Assembly: GCA_002068935.1 (NCBI GenBank)
Contig: MWBF01000002.1
Coordinates: forward strand, 1-49,601
Direction of reading: 5' to 3'
Origin: Chloroflexi bacterium ADurb.Bin325
GTDB lineage: Bacteria; Chloroflexota; Anaerolineae; CG2-30-64-16
DNA length: 49,601 nt
The notes under the pieces are model-generated. The model was not told the DNA's origin and did not search any database. It worked only from the letters and a program-made list of their open reading frames with translations. The position numbers and the translations under genes were made by a program. Every line of letters starts with the position of its first letter. Position 1 is the first letter of the stretch. This document shows, in pieces, positions 36,556 through 45,157 of the stretch.

Positions 36556-36587
36556 CGATTATCCCTCACGTGCAGAATGTCCATAAC

Positions 36588-36640
36588 CTATCCGAAAAGT
36601 ATTTTGGCCAGTCCCTGACCAGCCCCAGGTTTTCGGATAG
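36588..36640. repeat. Family-B element, internally deleted copy retaining both termini
   Basis: CTATCCGAAAA (36588-98), then GGCCAGTCCCTGACCAGCCCCAGG, then TTTTCGGATAG (36630-40). The core corresponds to one arm only. Confidence 0.7.
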
Positions 36641-36753
36641 ACGCATAATCCGTCGCTGGCAGCGAAAGCGAAGACATCACAGGGCGCCGATTGCACCGAT
36701 GCTCATGATCGCCATGGGAAGAGAATCATGGAAATCATCTTTGGTCGGCGTCA

Positions 36754-38022
36754 TCAGCGTTCTATCCTTTGCGCGCTGCGCCGCGCGGTCGCCTGCAAGC
36801 GCAGCAGCAGGATCACCATGACCAGCGGGTAGACCGTCGCCAGCAGCAGCCCGCTCCGCAGGCCGGCCTCCTCCGCGGTCAGGCCGCCGGCAAAGAGCTG
36901 GCCCGACCAGTTGAGCAGGAACGGCGCGCGGTCGGCCACGATGCCCACGAACCACGGCGCAAATGCGCCGCCCAGGTCGCCGGAGGCCGACATGATCGCA
37001 AACATCGATGCGCCGGCCAGCGGGAAGCGCGCGGCCGTCACCGACAGCATGCCCGGCCAGAGCAGGCTGACCGCCAGCCCCGCGAGCACGCAGCCGGCCA
37101 GAGACAGGAGCGGCCAGGGCGACAGCGACGCGACCAGGTAGGCGACCACCGCGGCTGCCGCGCCGACGATCATGTAGCGGTAAAGGCCGAGGGACTGCGC
37201 GGCCTTCTCGCCCCGCAGCCCGAACCAGATGCGGCCCAGGCCGAGCGCCACCGCAAACAGCACCAGCCCGCCCACATCGCCGATCACCTTCGGCAGGCCG
37301 AGGCCCTTCTCCGCAAACGCGGAGGTCCACTGGGCGATGGAAAGCTCGCTGGCCCCGGCCAGCCCGATGGTGACGACCGCGACCAGGAACGACGGGATGC
37401 GCACCAGGTCGCGCAGCCGATGGCGGTGCTGCTCCTCGACGAAGCGCGGGATGTACAGCGTCATGAAGCCGATGGCCGTGGTGATCGGCAGCACGGTCCA
37501 GATCAGCGCGATCGCGCGCCAGTGCTCGCGACCGATGATGAAGAGGAGCACGGTGGTCAACAGGATCACGGTGGCCTGGCCCCAGGCGTAGAACGAGTGC
37601 ATCAGCGCCATGTCCGACGCCTTCTGGTCGGACGGCAGGGAGTTGACGATCGGGCTCACCAGCAGTTCCAGCAGGCCGGAGCCCATGGAGAAGATGACCG
37701 TGCCGGCAATCAGCCCATGATACGGGTTCGCAAACAGCCCCGGCGTCAGCGCAAAGACCCACAGCCCCAACGCGGACAGCACGTTGGCCGCGACCACGAA
37801 GGGCTTGGGGCCGAGCCGATCCACGATATACCCGAAGATCAGATCCGTCGCCACCTGGGTGGCGAAGTTGATCAGGATGAGACGGCCGATCTGCTCGTAG
37901 GTCAGGCCGAACTCCTCGCGCAGCGGGATGAACAGCACCGGCGCGAGGTTGATGACGATGGCCTGGACGAACGAGGCCAGGCGGCAGAAGAGAATGGTCA
38001 GGCGGGCGTTGCGTTGCTTCAT
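36754..38022 (-). CDS. MFS transporter
   Basis: 422 aa with 12 hydrophobic segments and the loop motif GYIVDRLGPKP after TM2. Confidence 0.85.
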   Translation of the reverse strand: MKQRNARLTILFCRLASFVQAIVINLAPVLFIPLREEFGLTYEQIGRLILINFATQVATDLIFGYIVDRLGPKPFVVAANVLSALGLWVFALTPGLFANPYHGLIAGTVIFSMGSGLLELLVSPIVNSLPSDQKASDMALMHSFYAWGQATVILLTTVLLFIIGREHWRAIALIWTVLPITTAIGFMTLYIPRFVEEQHRHRLRDLVRIPSFLVAVVTIGLAGASELSIAQWTSAFAEKGLGLPKVIGDVGGLVLFAVALGLGRIWFGLRGEKAAQSLGLYRYMIVGAAAAVVAYLVASLSPWPLLSLAGCVLAGLAVSLLWPGMLSVTAARFPLAGASMFAIMSASGDLGGAFAPWFVGIVADRAPFLLNWSGQLFAGGLTAEEAGLRSGLLLATVYPLVMVILLLRLQATARRSAQRIER

Positions 38023-38131
38023 CGGCAGTCTCTAGGGTCGCAGATACCGGATCGCGCCCTGGCGCGAGGGCGGCTGCACGATAGCACATCGGCTGCCGGG
38101 CGTCAAAGAAAGAGGCAGCCCTCCGCTCCGA

Positions 38132-38160
38132 TTGACAAGCCGCCGCCCCTGGAGTATCCT
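38132..38160 (+). promoter_or_regulatory. Sigma-70-like promoter of the S10 peptidase gene
   Basis: TTGACA (38132-37), 17 nt, TATCCT (38155-60). Confidence 0.4.
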
Positions 38161-38206
38161 CGACGCCAACGGCAGTCCGATCACAACCCTCGAAAGGCTT
38201 CATACG

Positions 38207-39691
38207 ATGGCAGAAGCAAGCGCAAAGGATGCACAGCCGGCCCCGACGGATCAGATCGTCACGACGCAGCACACGGTCACGGTGGATGGACAGGTCATCC
38301 GCTACACTGTGACCGCCGGCACGCTCGTGCTGAAACAGGAGTCGGAGAAGCGCGGGGAGCAGGACGGCGCGTCTGAGGGGGAGAAGCCGAAGGCCACCTT
38401 CTTCTTCGTCGCCTACATGCGCGATGGCGTGGCCGACCCGGCCAGCCGGCCGCTGACCTTCTCCTTCAACGGTGGCCCGGGGTCATCCTCGGTTTGGCTG
38501 CACCTGGGCGCGCTCGGCCCGCGGCGCGTGCTCATGGCGGACGACGGCAGCGCGCTGCCCCCGCCCTATCGACTGGTGGAGAACGCGCACACCCTGCTCG
38601 ATGTGACGGATCTGGTGTTCATCGACCCGGTCAGCACCGGCTACAGCCGGCCGGTCGAGGGGGAGAAGGCGAAAGAATTCCACAGCTTCAAGCCCGACAT
38701 CGAGTCTGTCGGCGATTTCATCCGGCTGTTCACCACGCGCTACGGCCGGTGGCTCTCGCCCAAGTTCCTCGTCGGCGAGAGCTACGGCACGACGCGCGCC
38801 GCAGGCCTGGCGGGCTACTTGCAGGAGCGCCACGGCCTCTATCTCAACGGCGTCATGCTCATCTCGGCCATCCTCGACTTCGGCACCGCGGAGTTCCATC
38901 CGGGCAACGACCTGCCGTACATTCTCTTCCTGCCGACCTATACGGCCACCGCCTGGTATCACCGGCGACTCGCGGCCGACCTGCAGGCGGACCTCGCCGC
39001 GACGCTGGCCGAGGCGCGGGCGTTTGCGCTTGGCGAGTATGCGCTGGCGCTGCTGCGCGGGAACGACCTGCCCGCCGACAGCCGCGCGCATGTCATCGCC
39101 CAGCTCGCGCGGCTGACCGGGCTGAGCGCCGACTATCTCGACCGGACGGATCTGCGCATCGAGATCATGCGCTTCACCAAGGAGCTGCTGCGCGACCGGC
39201 GGCGCACCGTGGGCCGCCTGGACAGCCGCTTCATCGGCCTCGACCGCGACAGCGCGGGCGAGCGGTTCGAGCATGACCCCAGCATGAGCGCGATCATGGG
39301 GCCGTACACCGCGGCGTTCAACGACTACGTGCGCCGCGACCTGGGCTTCGAGAGCGACCTGCCCTACGAGATCCTCTCCGACAAGGTCTGGAAGAACTGG
39401 AGCTATGCGGAGCACGAGAACCGTTACGTCAATGTAGCCGACACCCTCCGCAAGGCCATCCACATGAACCCGCACCTGAAGGTGTTTGTCGCAAACGGCT
39501 ACTACGACCTGGCGACGCCCTACTTTGCGAGCGAGTACACGGTCAGCCATCTGGGGCTGGACCCCAGCCTGTGGGACAACATCACGCTGGCCTATTACGA
39601 GGCCGGCCACATGATGTACATCCACCTGCCGTCGCTGGCGCAGCTCAAGGCCGACCTGGCCGCGTTCGTGCGCGGCGCGACGCCGGCGTGA
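38207..39691 (+). CDS. Serine carboxypeptidase, peptidase family S10
   Basis: FNGGPGSSSVWLHLGALGP and the catalytic-Ser motif GESYGTTRA. The TTG at 38132 in the ORF track coincides with a TTGACA -35 hexamer, so the ATG at 38207 is preferred. Confidence 0.8.
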   Translation: MAEASAKDAQPAPTDQIVTTQHTVTVDGQVIRYTVTAGTLVLKQESEKRGEQDGASEGEKPKATFFFVAYMRDGVADPASRPLTFSFNGGPGSSSVWLHLGALGPRRVLMADDGSALPPPYRLVENAHTLLDVTDLVFIDPVSTGYSRPVEGEKAKEFHSFKPDIESVGDFIRLFTTRYGRWLSPKFLVGESYGTTRAAGLAGYLQERHGLYLNGVMLISAILDFGTAEFHPGNDLPYILFLPTYTATAWYHRRLAADLQADLAATLAEARAFALGEYALALLRGNDLPADSRAHVIAQLARLTGLSADYLDRTDLRIEIMRFTKELLRDRRRTVGRLDSRFIGLDRDSAGERFEHDPSMSAIMGPYTAAFNDYVRRDLGFESDLPYEILSDKVWKNWSYAEHENRYVNVADTLRKAIHMNPHLKVFVANGYYDLATPYFASEYTVSHLGLDPSLWDNITLAYYEAGHMMYIHLPSLAQLKADLAAFVRGATPA

Positions 39692-39723
39692 GCCGCGGCC
39701 TGCTCTAAAAATATCTGGGAGCA

Positions 39724-40010
39724 TCCTTCGACTGGCCTTTCGTCGTCAGCTACGTTGAGCCGTACAACCCGCTCAGTATGCTCTGGCTCGCTTATGGAAA
39801 GCTTAAGGAAGCACCCTGAGCGGAGGACGCACGCAGTGCGGACGCAGTCGAAGGGGCGGCCCTCACGTCCGCTCCTTCGACTGACCTTTCGTCGTCAGCT
39901 ACGTTGAGCCGTACAACCCGCTCAGGATGCTCCGGCTCGCTTATGGAAAGCTTAAGGAAGCACCCTGAGCGGAGGACGCACGCAGTGCGGACGCAGTCGA
40001 AGGGGCGGCC
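39724..40010. repeat. Tandem duplication (2 x 138 nt, 149-nt period, 3 differences) of an element with nested inverted repeats; candidate structured RNA or MITE
   Basis: Copies are at 39724-39861 and 39873-40010. Each begins (T)CCTTCGACTG and ends CAGTCGAAGG(GGCGGCC), a 10-bp terminal inverted repeat. The inner inverted repeat is CCGCTCAG / CTGAGCGG. There is no coding signal in any frame. Confidence 0.85.
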
Positions 40011-40043
40011 ATTTTCAGCGCGGGGCCGCGGCCGCGCCAATCT

Positions 40044-40526
40044 TCAATCGTCGGCCGCGGCCGCCTTATCCTTCGACTTCTTCCCCGTCATCTCCGCAAT
40101 CTCCAGCCGCCACACGCGCACCGTCTGCGTGTCCGCCGCGCTGATGTCCCATGTCCGCGGCGAATAATGCCCGACGATGGCCTGCAAGGCCGCGACCTTC
40201 TCGTCCGGCGCGGTGATCTCGTGTACCACGCCCGTGCCCATCACGCTGTAGAACGACATCGACCACGCGCAGGCCCGCGTCTCGTGCGGGATCACATGCA
40301 CATCGTGCTCCAGCTCGAAGCAGACGTGCGGGTTGGCCGCCAACATCTCCAGCTTGCGGCCCTCCGCCGCGGTGTGGAAGTAGATGCACCGCCCGTCGTA
40401 GCCGAACGACAGCGGCACGATATACGCCCGGCCGCCCTGACTTAGCCCCAGCCGACAGACCACCGCCTGCCGGATGACCCAGTCGATCAGCGCCGGGTCG
40501 GTAATCTCCTTGTCCGTTCGTCGCAT
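40044..40526 (-). CDS. Pyridoxamine 5'-phosphate oxidase-family (FMN-binding split-barrel, NimA-like) protein
   Basis: MRRTDKEITDPALIDWVIRQAVVCRLGL...AYIVPLSFGYDGRCIYFHTAAEGRKLEML is typical of the family. The ATG at 40526 is preceded by GAGGAGGAAG. The 170-codon upstream extension of ORF 41039 overlaps the deoR gene antisense and is rejected. Confidence 0.85.
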   Translation of the reverse strand: MRRTDKEITDPALIDWVIRQAVVCRLGLSQGGRAYIVPLSFGYDGRCIYFHTAAEGRKLEMLAANPHVCFELEHDVHVIPHETRACAWSMSFYSVMGTGVVHEITAPDEKVAALQAIVGHYSPRTWDISAADTQTVRVWRLEIAEMTGKKSKDKAAAADD

Positions 40527-40577
40527 GTGTCTTCCTCCTCTGTGGCTGCACAGTGTAACACCGGGCGTCCCCTTCGG

Positions 40578-40599
40578 CAATCGCCGCGCAATCGCCGCG
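40578..40599. repeat. Tandem 11-mer CAATCGCCGCG x2 in the divergent PNPOx/deoR intergenic region
   Basis: Perfect tandem copy. A third GCAATCGC is at 40659-40666, just downstream of the predicted deoR -10 element. Confidence 0.7.
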
Positions 40600-40625
40600 C
40601 GCCCGCCAAACGTCCCGCGCGATTC

Positions 40626-40654
40626 TTGACAGTCCCCGCAATGTGAAGTATATT
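40626..40654 (+). promoter_or_regulatory. Sigma-70-like promoter of the deoR / 2-oxoacid dehydrogenase operon
   Basis: TTGACA (40626-31), 17 nt, TATATT (40649-54), 42 nt upstream of the deoR ATG. Confidence 0.55.
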
Positions 40655-40695
40655 GAAAGCAATCGCAAGCATTCGTAAGTTCACCGGGGACGGAC

Positions 40696-41466
40696 ATGAA
40701 AGAACTGTCTGTGGCCGAGAGACGCCAGGAGATCCTGGGCCGGGTCAGCCAGGCGGGACGGGTCGCCGTGATCGAGCTCAGCCAGGAGTTCGGCGTCTCC
40801 GAAGTCACGATTCGCGGCGACCTGCAAGCGCTCGCCGATGACAACCTCATCGTGCGCACGCACGGCGGCGCGATACCCGCGACGGCCAGCTTGCCGGTCC
40901 TCTCGCTCGGCCAACGCCTGCAGCAGCAGGTCCAGCAGAAGGCCCACATCGGCGCGGCGGCCGCGCGCCTCGTGGCCGACGGCGACGCCATCATCCTCGA
41001 CAGCAGCAGCACGGCCCTCGCCATTGCCGGGAATCTCAAGGCGCACCGCTACGTCACCGTCATCACCAACGGGCTGGCCGTCGCCCAGGAGCTGCTCGAC
41101 GCGGCCGGCGTCACGGTCGTGGTCATCGGGGGCACCGTGCGCAAGGACACCGCCTCCATCGTCAGCACCGGCGGGCTGGACATGCTCCGGCGCTTCAACA
41201 TCCAGAAGGGCTTCTTCGGCGCTCACGGCGTCAGCCTGGCGGAAGGGCTGACCGACGTCAGCGCGGAGGAGGCCGAGATCAAGCGCCCGCTCGTCGCGAT
41301 GTGCCGCACGGTCGTGGCCGTGTTCGACGCCACCAAATGGGGCCGGGTCGGGCTGGCCTCCTTTGCCGACATCTCGCAGGTCGCCCACATCATCACCGAC
41401 ACCTATGCCCCGGCAGAACTCGTGGCCCGCATCCGCCAGGCCGGGGTCGATGTGATCCAGGTTTGA
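40696..41466 (+). CDS. DeoR-family transcriptional regulator
   Basis: N-terminal HTH ([38 protein letters not shown]) and a C-terminal DeoR sugar-phosphate sensor domain ([12 protein letters not shown]...). Confidence 0.9.
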   Translation: MKELSVAERRQEILGRVSQAGRVAVIELSQEFGVSEVTIRGDLQALADDNLIVRTHGGAIPATASLPVLSLGQRLQQQVQQKAHIGAAAARLVADGDAIILDSSSTALAIAGNLKAHRYVTVITNGLAVAQELLDAAGVTVVVIGGTVRKDTASIVSTGGLDMLRRFNIQKGFFGAHGVSLAEGLTDVSAEEAEIKRPLVAMCRTVVAVFDATKWGRVGLASFADISQVAHIITDTYAPAELVARIRQAGVDVIQV

Positions 41467-41482
41467 AACGCATCCATTCCAC

Positions 41483-43615
41483 ATGGAGGAAAAAGTGACT
41501 TATCCCCAACCCCTACCAGCCCTAGACCCGGTTGCTCTCTCCGCGCTGATCGAAGAACAGGAGCTCAGCAAGGAAGAGCTGATGGACATGCTGCGCCAGA
41601 TGAAGGAGATCCGGGCGCTGGAAGAGAAGATCTCGAGCCTGTTGACCAAGGCCGTCCTCAAGGGCGCATCGCACCTCTACGCCGGCTCCGAGGCGACCGC
41701 GGTCGGCGCGGTCGCGGCGCTGCGCGACAACGACTTCATCACCAGCACCCACCGCGGCCACGGCCACGCGCATGCGCACGGCGACAAGGCCGCGCACAGC
41801 CCCGACGACAAGCAGATGCACTACAACCGCATGATGGCCGAGGTGCTGGGCAAGTCGGGCGGCTACTGCAAGGGCAAGGGCGGCTCCATGCACATCGCGG
41901 ACGTGGCCCACGGCAACCTGGGCGCGACCGGCATCGTCGGCGGCAACCTGCCCGTGGCCGTCGGCGCGGCGCTCGCGCAGAAGCTCCAGGGGACCGATCG
42001 CGTCGTCCTCTGCTTCTTTGGTGACGGCGCATCGAACGAGGGCACCTTCCACGAGGCGCTCAACATGGCGAGCCTCTGGGATCTGCCGGTCGTCTTCGTG
42101 GCCGAGAACAACCAGTACGGCATGTCGGTGCCGTGGGCCAAGGTGTCCAAGCTGCCCAACATCGCCGCCCGCGCCTGCGCCTACGGCATCCCGGGCGAGG
42201 TGGTGGACGGCATGGATGCGGTGGCCGTGCGCGCGGCGGTGGCGAAGGCTGCCGAGCGCGCCCGCAACGGCGAAGGCCCCACGCTCATCGAGGCCAAGAC
42301 CTATCGCTACTTCGGGCACAGCCACTCTGACCCGCGCGCATATCGCACGAAGGACGAGGAGCGCGAGTGGCGCGACCGCGACCCCATCGAGGTGCTGCGC
42401 GGCGGGATGCTGGCGGTCGGGCAGCTCCAGGAGGCGGAGTACGAGCAGCTCGATGAGTTCGTGGACAACAAGCTGGACGCCGCGATGGCGTACGCCGAGG
42501 CCTCTCCCGTGCCCGATCCGAGCGAGGTCGAGACCGACGTATACGCCCCGCTCAAGCACACCGCGGCGGACATCGCCGCGGAGGCCGAGCTGCGGGCGCA
42601 GGTGCATCTCGCCGAGAAGAAGGAGCCGACGACGGTTCCGATGAAGGAGATCAGCTATGCGGCCGCGCTGGTCGAGGCCGCGCGCGAGGAGATGAACCGC
42701 GACGAGCGCGTGTTCATCATGGGCGAGGATGTCGGGCTGTACGGCGGCGCTTACGGCGCGACGCGCGGCCTGTTCGCTGAGTTCGGCGAGTGGCGCGTGA
42801 TCGACACGCCCATCTCCGAGGCCACCATCGGCGGCGCGGCGGTCGGCGCGGCCATGGTCGGCATGCGCCCGATCGCGGAGATCATGTACGTCGACTTCAC
42901 CCCGCTGGCGATGGATCAGATCGCCAACCAGGGCGCAAAGAACCGCTATATGTTCGGCGGCAAGACCAGCGTCCCGATGGTCATCCGCACCGAGGGCGGC
43001 GCGGGCCGCGCCATCGCCGCGCACCACTCGCAGAGCCTCGAGGCGCTGTGGACGCACTTCCCCGGCATCTACGTGGTCATGCCCTCCACGCCCTACGACG
43101 CCAAGGGCCTGCTCAAGGCGGCCATCCGCGACGACAACCCGGTCATGTTCATCGAGCACAAGATGCTATACGGCCAGAAAGGCCCCGTGCCGGAGCAGGA
43201 CTACATGATCCCGCTCGGCGTGGCCGATATCAAGCGCGCCGGCAAGGACATCACGCTCGTCACCTACTCGCGCATGGTGTACCGCTCGCTGGAGGCGGCC
43301 GAGATATTGGCAAAGGAAGGCATCGACGTGGAGGTCATCGACCTCCGCAGCCTCAAGCCGCTGGATCTGGAGACTATCCTGGCCTCCGTCAAGAAGACGG
43401 GCCGCCTGGTCGGCGTGACCGAGGCCTACGAGAACACGAGCTTCATCAACGAGGTCATGGCGCAGGTCAACGACCACGCCTTCGACTATCTGGATGCACC
43501 GATGGTGCGCGTCGCGGCGCTCAACGTACCGGTCCCGCGCGCCGAAATCCTGGAAGACATCGCAATCCCGAATACCGCCCGCATCGTGGCGGCCTGTCGA
43601 AAGGTGGTAAGCTGA
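41483..43615 (+). CDS. 2-oxoacid dehydrogenase E1 component, fused alpha-beta subunits (TPP-dependent; pyruvate/acetoin/branched-chain type)
   Basis: The first ~340 aa have E1-alpha motifs (GKGGSMH, TPP-binding GDGASNEGTFHEALNMASLWDLPVVFVAENNQYGMS). The remainder has E1-beta motifs (RVIDTPISEA...MYVDF...PVMFIEHK). It is a single uninterrupted frame. The alternative start is GTG at 41495, after GGAGGAAAAA. Confidence 0.9.
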   Translation: MEEKVTYPQPLPALDPVALSALIEEQELSKEELMDMLRQMKEIRALEEKISSLLTKAVLKGASHLYAGSEATAVGAVAALRDNDFITSTHRGHGHAHAHGDKAAHSPDDKQMHYNRMMAEVLGKSGGYCKGKGGSMHIADVAHGNLGATGIVGGNLPVAVGAALAQKLQGTDRVVLCFFGDGASNEGTFHEALNMASLWDLPVVFVAENNQYGMSVPWAKVSKLPNIAARACAYGIPGEVVDGMDAVAVRAAVAKAAERARNGEGPTLIEAKTYRYFGHSHSDPRAYRTKDEEREWRDRDPIEVLRGGMLAVGQLQEAEYEQLDEFVDNKLDAAMAYAEASPVPDPSEVETDVYAPLKHTAADIAAEAELRAQVHLAEKKEPTTVPMKEISYAAALVEAAREEMNRDERVFIMGEDVGLYGGAYGATRGLFAEFGEWRVIDTPISEATIGGAAVGAAMVGMRPIAEIMYVDFTPLAMDQIANQGAKNRYMFGGKTSVPMVIRTEGGAGRAIAAHHSQSLEALWTHFPGIYVVMPSTPYDAKGLLKAAIRDDNPVMFIEHKMLYGQKGPVPEQDYMIPLGVADIKRAGKDITLVTYSRMVYRSLEAAEILAKEGIDVEVIDLRSLKPLDLETILASVKKTGRLVGVTEAYENTSFINEVMAQVNDHAFDYLDAPMVRVAALNVPVPRAEILEDIAIPNTARIVAACRKVVS

Positions 43616-45024
43616 TGGCGCCGAAGACGACCGAGGTCTACATCCCGAAATACGGCCAGACCGTCGAAGAGGTCAAGATCGTCCAGTGGCTGGCCGAAGA
43701 CGGCGACGAGATCAAGAAGGGCCAGGAGATCCTGGAGATCGAGACGGACAAGACGACCTTCTTCGTCGAGGCGGAGGGCGCGGGCTTCCTCCATCGCGGC
43801 CCCTACGAGGTCGGCCAGACCGTGCCCGTGCTGGAAGTCGTCGCGCTCATCGGCGCCAAGGATCTCCAGTTCAAGGCGGGGGCGATCGGGGCGGAAGAAG
43901 CCCCGGCCACAGAGAGCGCTGAGGCTGCTGAGGAAGCACAGGCCGCGGAGACGCAAGAAAAGGTCTCTGCTGCCTCTGAGCCCTCTGCGGCTCCGTCCAA
44001 GACCTTTGCGTCCCCGCGCGCGCGCAAGCTCGCCGGAGAGCGGCAGGTGGATCTCGCGCAGGTCACGCCGACCGGCGGCGGCGGCGTGCGCGTGACCGAG
44101 AAGGACGTGCTCGCCTATCTCGCGGCCGCGCCCAAGGCGACCCCGCTGGCCGAGAAGCTGGCCGCTGAGATCGGCGTCGATCTGCGCCAGCTCACGGGCA
44201 CCGGGCCGGGCGGCAAGATCACCCGCGAGGATGTCGAGGCTGCCCGCGCGGCGGCCGAGGCGCCCGCGGTCGTTGCACGGCCCGCGCCTGTCGCGCCCGC
44301 GCCGACCGCGCTGCCCGTCGCCGATGTTGCCGAGCGCATCCCGCTCAAGGGCGTGCGCGCGATCATCGTCGACCGGATGGCCGCGAGCGTCCACACGACC
44401 GCGCGCGTCACCCTCGTCACCGAGGCCGATGCGACCGAGTTCGTCGCGATGCGCGAGCGGCTCAAGGCGCGCGTCAGCGAGGAGTGGGGCTTTGCGCCCG
44501 GCTACAACGACCTGCTGGCGCTCATCGTCGCCAAGGCGCTGCGCAAGTTCCCCTACATGAACGCGCGGCTCGCGGCGGACGCCATCGAGCTGCTGGGCCA
44601 CGTCAACCTGGGCATGGCGGTCGACACCGAGCGCGGGCTGCTCGTGCCGGTCATCCGCGATGCGGACACCAAGACGTTGCAGCAGTTCGGCGCGGAGTTC
44701 CGCAACCTGGTGGATCGCGCGCGCAAGGGCCGCTCGCTGCCCGACGACCTGAGCGGCGGCACGTTCACCATCACGAACCTGGGGATGCACGACATCGACG
44801 CGTTCACGCCGGTCATCAACCTGCCGGAGGCCGCGATCCTCGGCGTCGGCCGCATCGCGCCCAAGTGGGTGTATCGGCCCGAAAGCCCGAACGCGCCCGT
44901 GCTGCGCCAGATGGTGACGTTCAGCCTCGTGTTCGATCATCGCATCATCGACGGCGCGCCCGCGGCCCGCTTCCTGCAATACATCAAGGGGCTGGTCGAG
45001 GAGCCGTACCTGCTGATGGCGTAA
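43615..45024 (+). CDS. 2-oxoacid dehydrogenase E2 component (dihydrolipoamide acyltransferase)
   Basis: Lipoyl domain with ETDKTT, an Ala/Glu/Pro-rich linker, a peripheral subunit-binding domain (ASPRARKLAGERQVDL, LAEKLAAEIGVDL) and the catalytic DHRIIDG motif. The ATG overlaps the E1 stop (ATGA). Confidence 0.9.
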   Translation: MAPKTTEVYIPKYGQTVEEVKIVQWLAEDGDEIKKGQEILEIETDKTTFFVEAEGAGFLHRGPYEVGQTVPVLEVVALIGAKDLQFKAGAIGAEEAPATESAEAAEEAQAAETQEKVSAASEPSAAPSKTFASPRARKLAGERQVDLAQVTPTGGGGVRVTEKDVLAYLAAAPKATPLAEKLAAEIGVDLRQLTGTGPGGKITREDVEAARAAAEAPAVVARPAPVAPAPTALPVADVAERIPLKGVRAIIVDRMAASVHTTARVTLVTEADATEFVAMRERLKARVSEEWGFAPGYNDLLALIVAKALRKFPYMNARLAADAIELLGHVNLGMAVDTERGLLVPVIRDADTKTLQQFGAEFRNLVDRARKGRSLPDDLSGGTFTITNLGMHDIDAFTPVINLPEAAILGVGRIAPKWVYRPESPNAPVLRQMVTFSLVFDHRIIDGAPAARFLQYIKGLVEEPYLLMA

Positions 45025-45036
45025 GCCTTGCTCAGG

Positions 45037-45143
45037 GGGCGGTTGGCCCCCACCCCGGCCCTCCCCCGCTGCGCAGGGGAGGGAGTGCGCCCCTTCCCCC
45101 GTCGGGACGGGGGAAGGGGTCGGGGGATGGGGGCCAACCGCCC
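45037..45143. repeat. Compound palindrome: 16-bp outer stem enclosing two internal hairpins
   Basis: The outer stem GGGCGGTTGGCCCCCA (45037-52) / TGGGGGCCAACCGCCC (45128-43) is perfect. Inner hairpins are CCCTCCCC-loop-GGGGAGGG (45059-83) and CCCCTTCCCCCGTC..GACGGGGGAAGGGG (45090-119). It lies between the E2 stop and the lipoprotein start. Confidence 0.85.
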
Positions 45144-45157
45144 AAAAGGATCCATGC

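Noticed and set aside
38132-38206. N-terminal extensions offered by the ORF track that use TTG/GTG starts (38132 for the S10 peptidase, 6769 for the SBP, 289 for the dehydratase, 14959 for the SIS protein, 22616 for the cytidylate kinase-like protein, 24052 for the LysM protein, 41039 for the PNPOx protein, 28590 for GlnE).
   Set aside because: The extensions have poor third-position GC. They overlap promoters, palindromes or neighbouring genes. Internal ATG/GTG codons with GGAGG-type SD sequences and sensible N-termini (signal peptides, family-typical starts) are available.
39724-40010. Identification of the tandem element as SRP RNA, a tRNA-like gene or a hammerhead-type ribozyme (it contains GGAAAGC...AAGGAAGC and CUGAGCG...GUCGAAGG strings).
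   Set aside because: The SRP domain-IV and hammerhead core consensus sequences (e.g. CUGAUGA...GAAA) are not actually present. Tandem duplication is inconsistent with a single-copy housekeeping RNA. It is left as an unclassified structured element.
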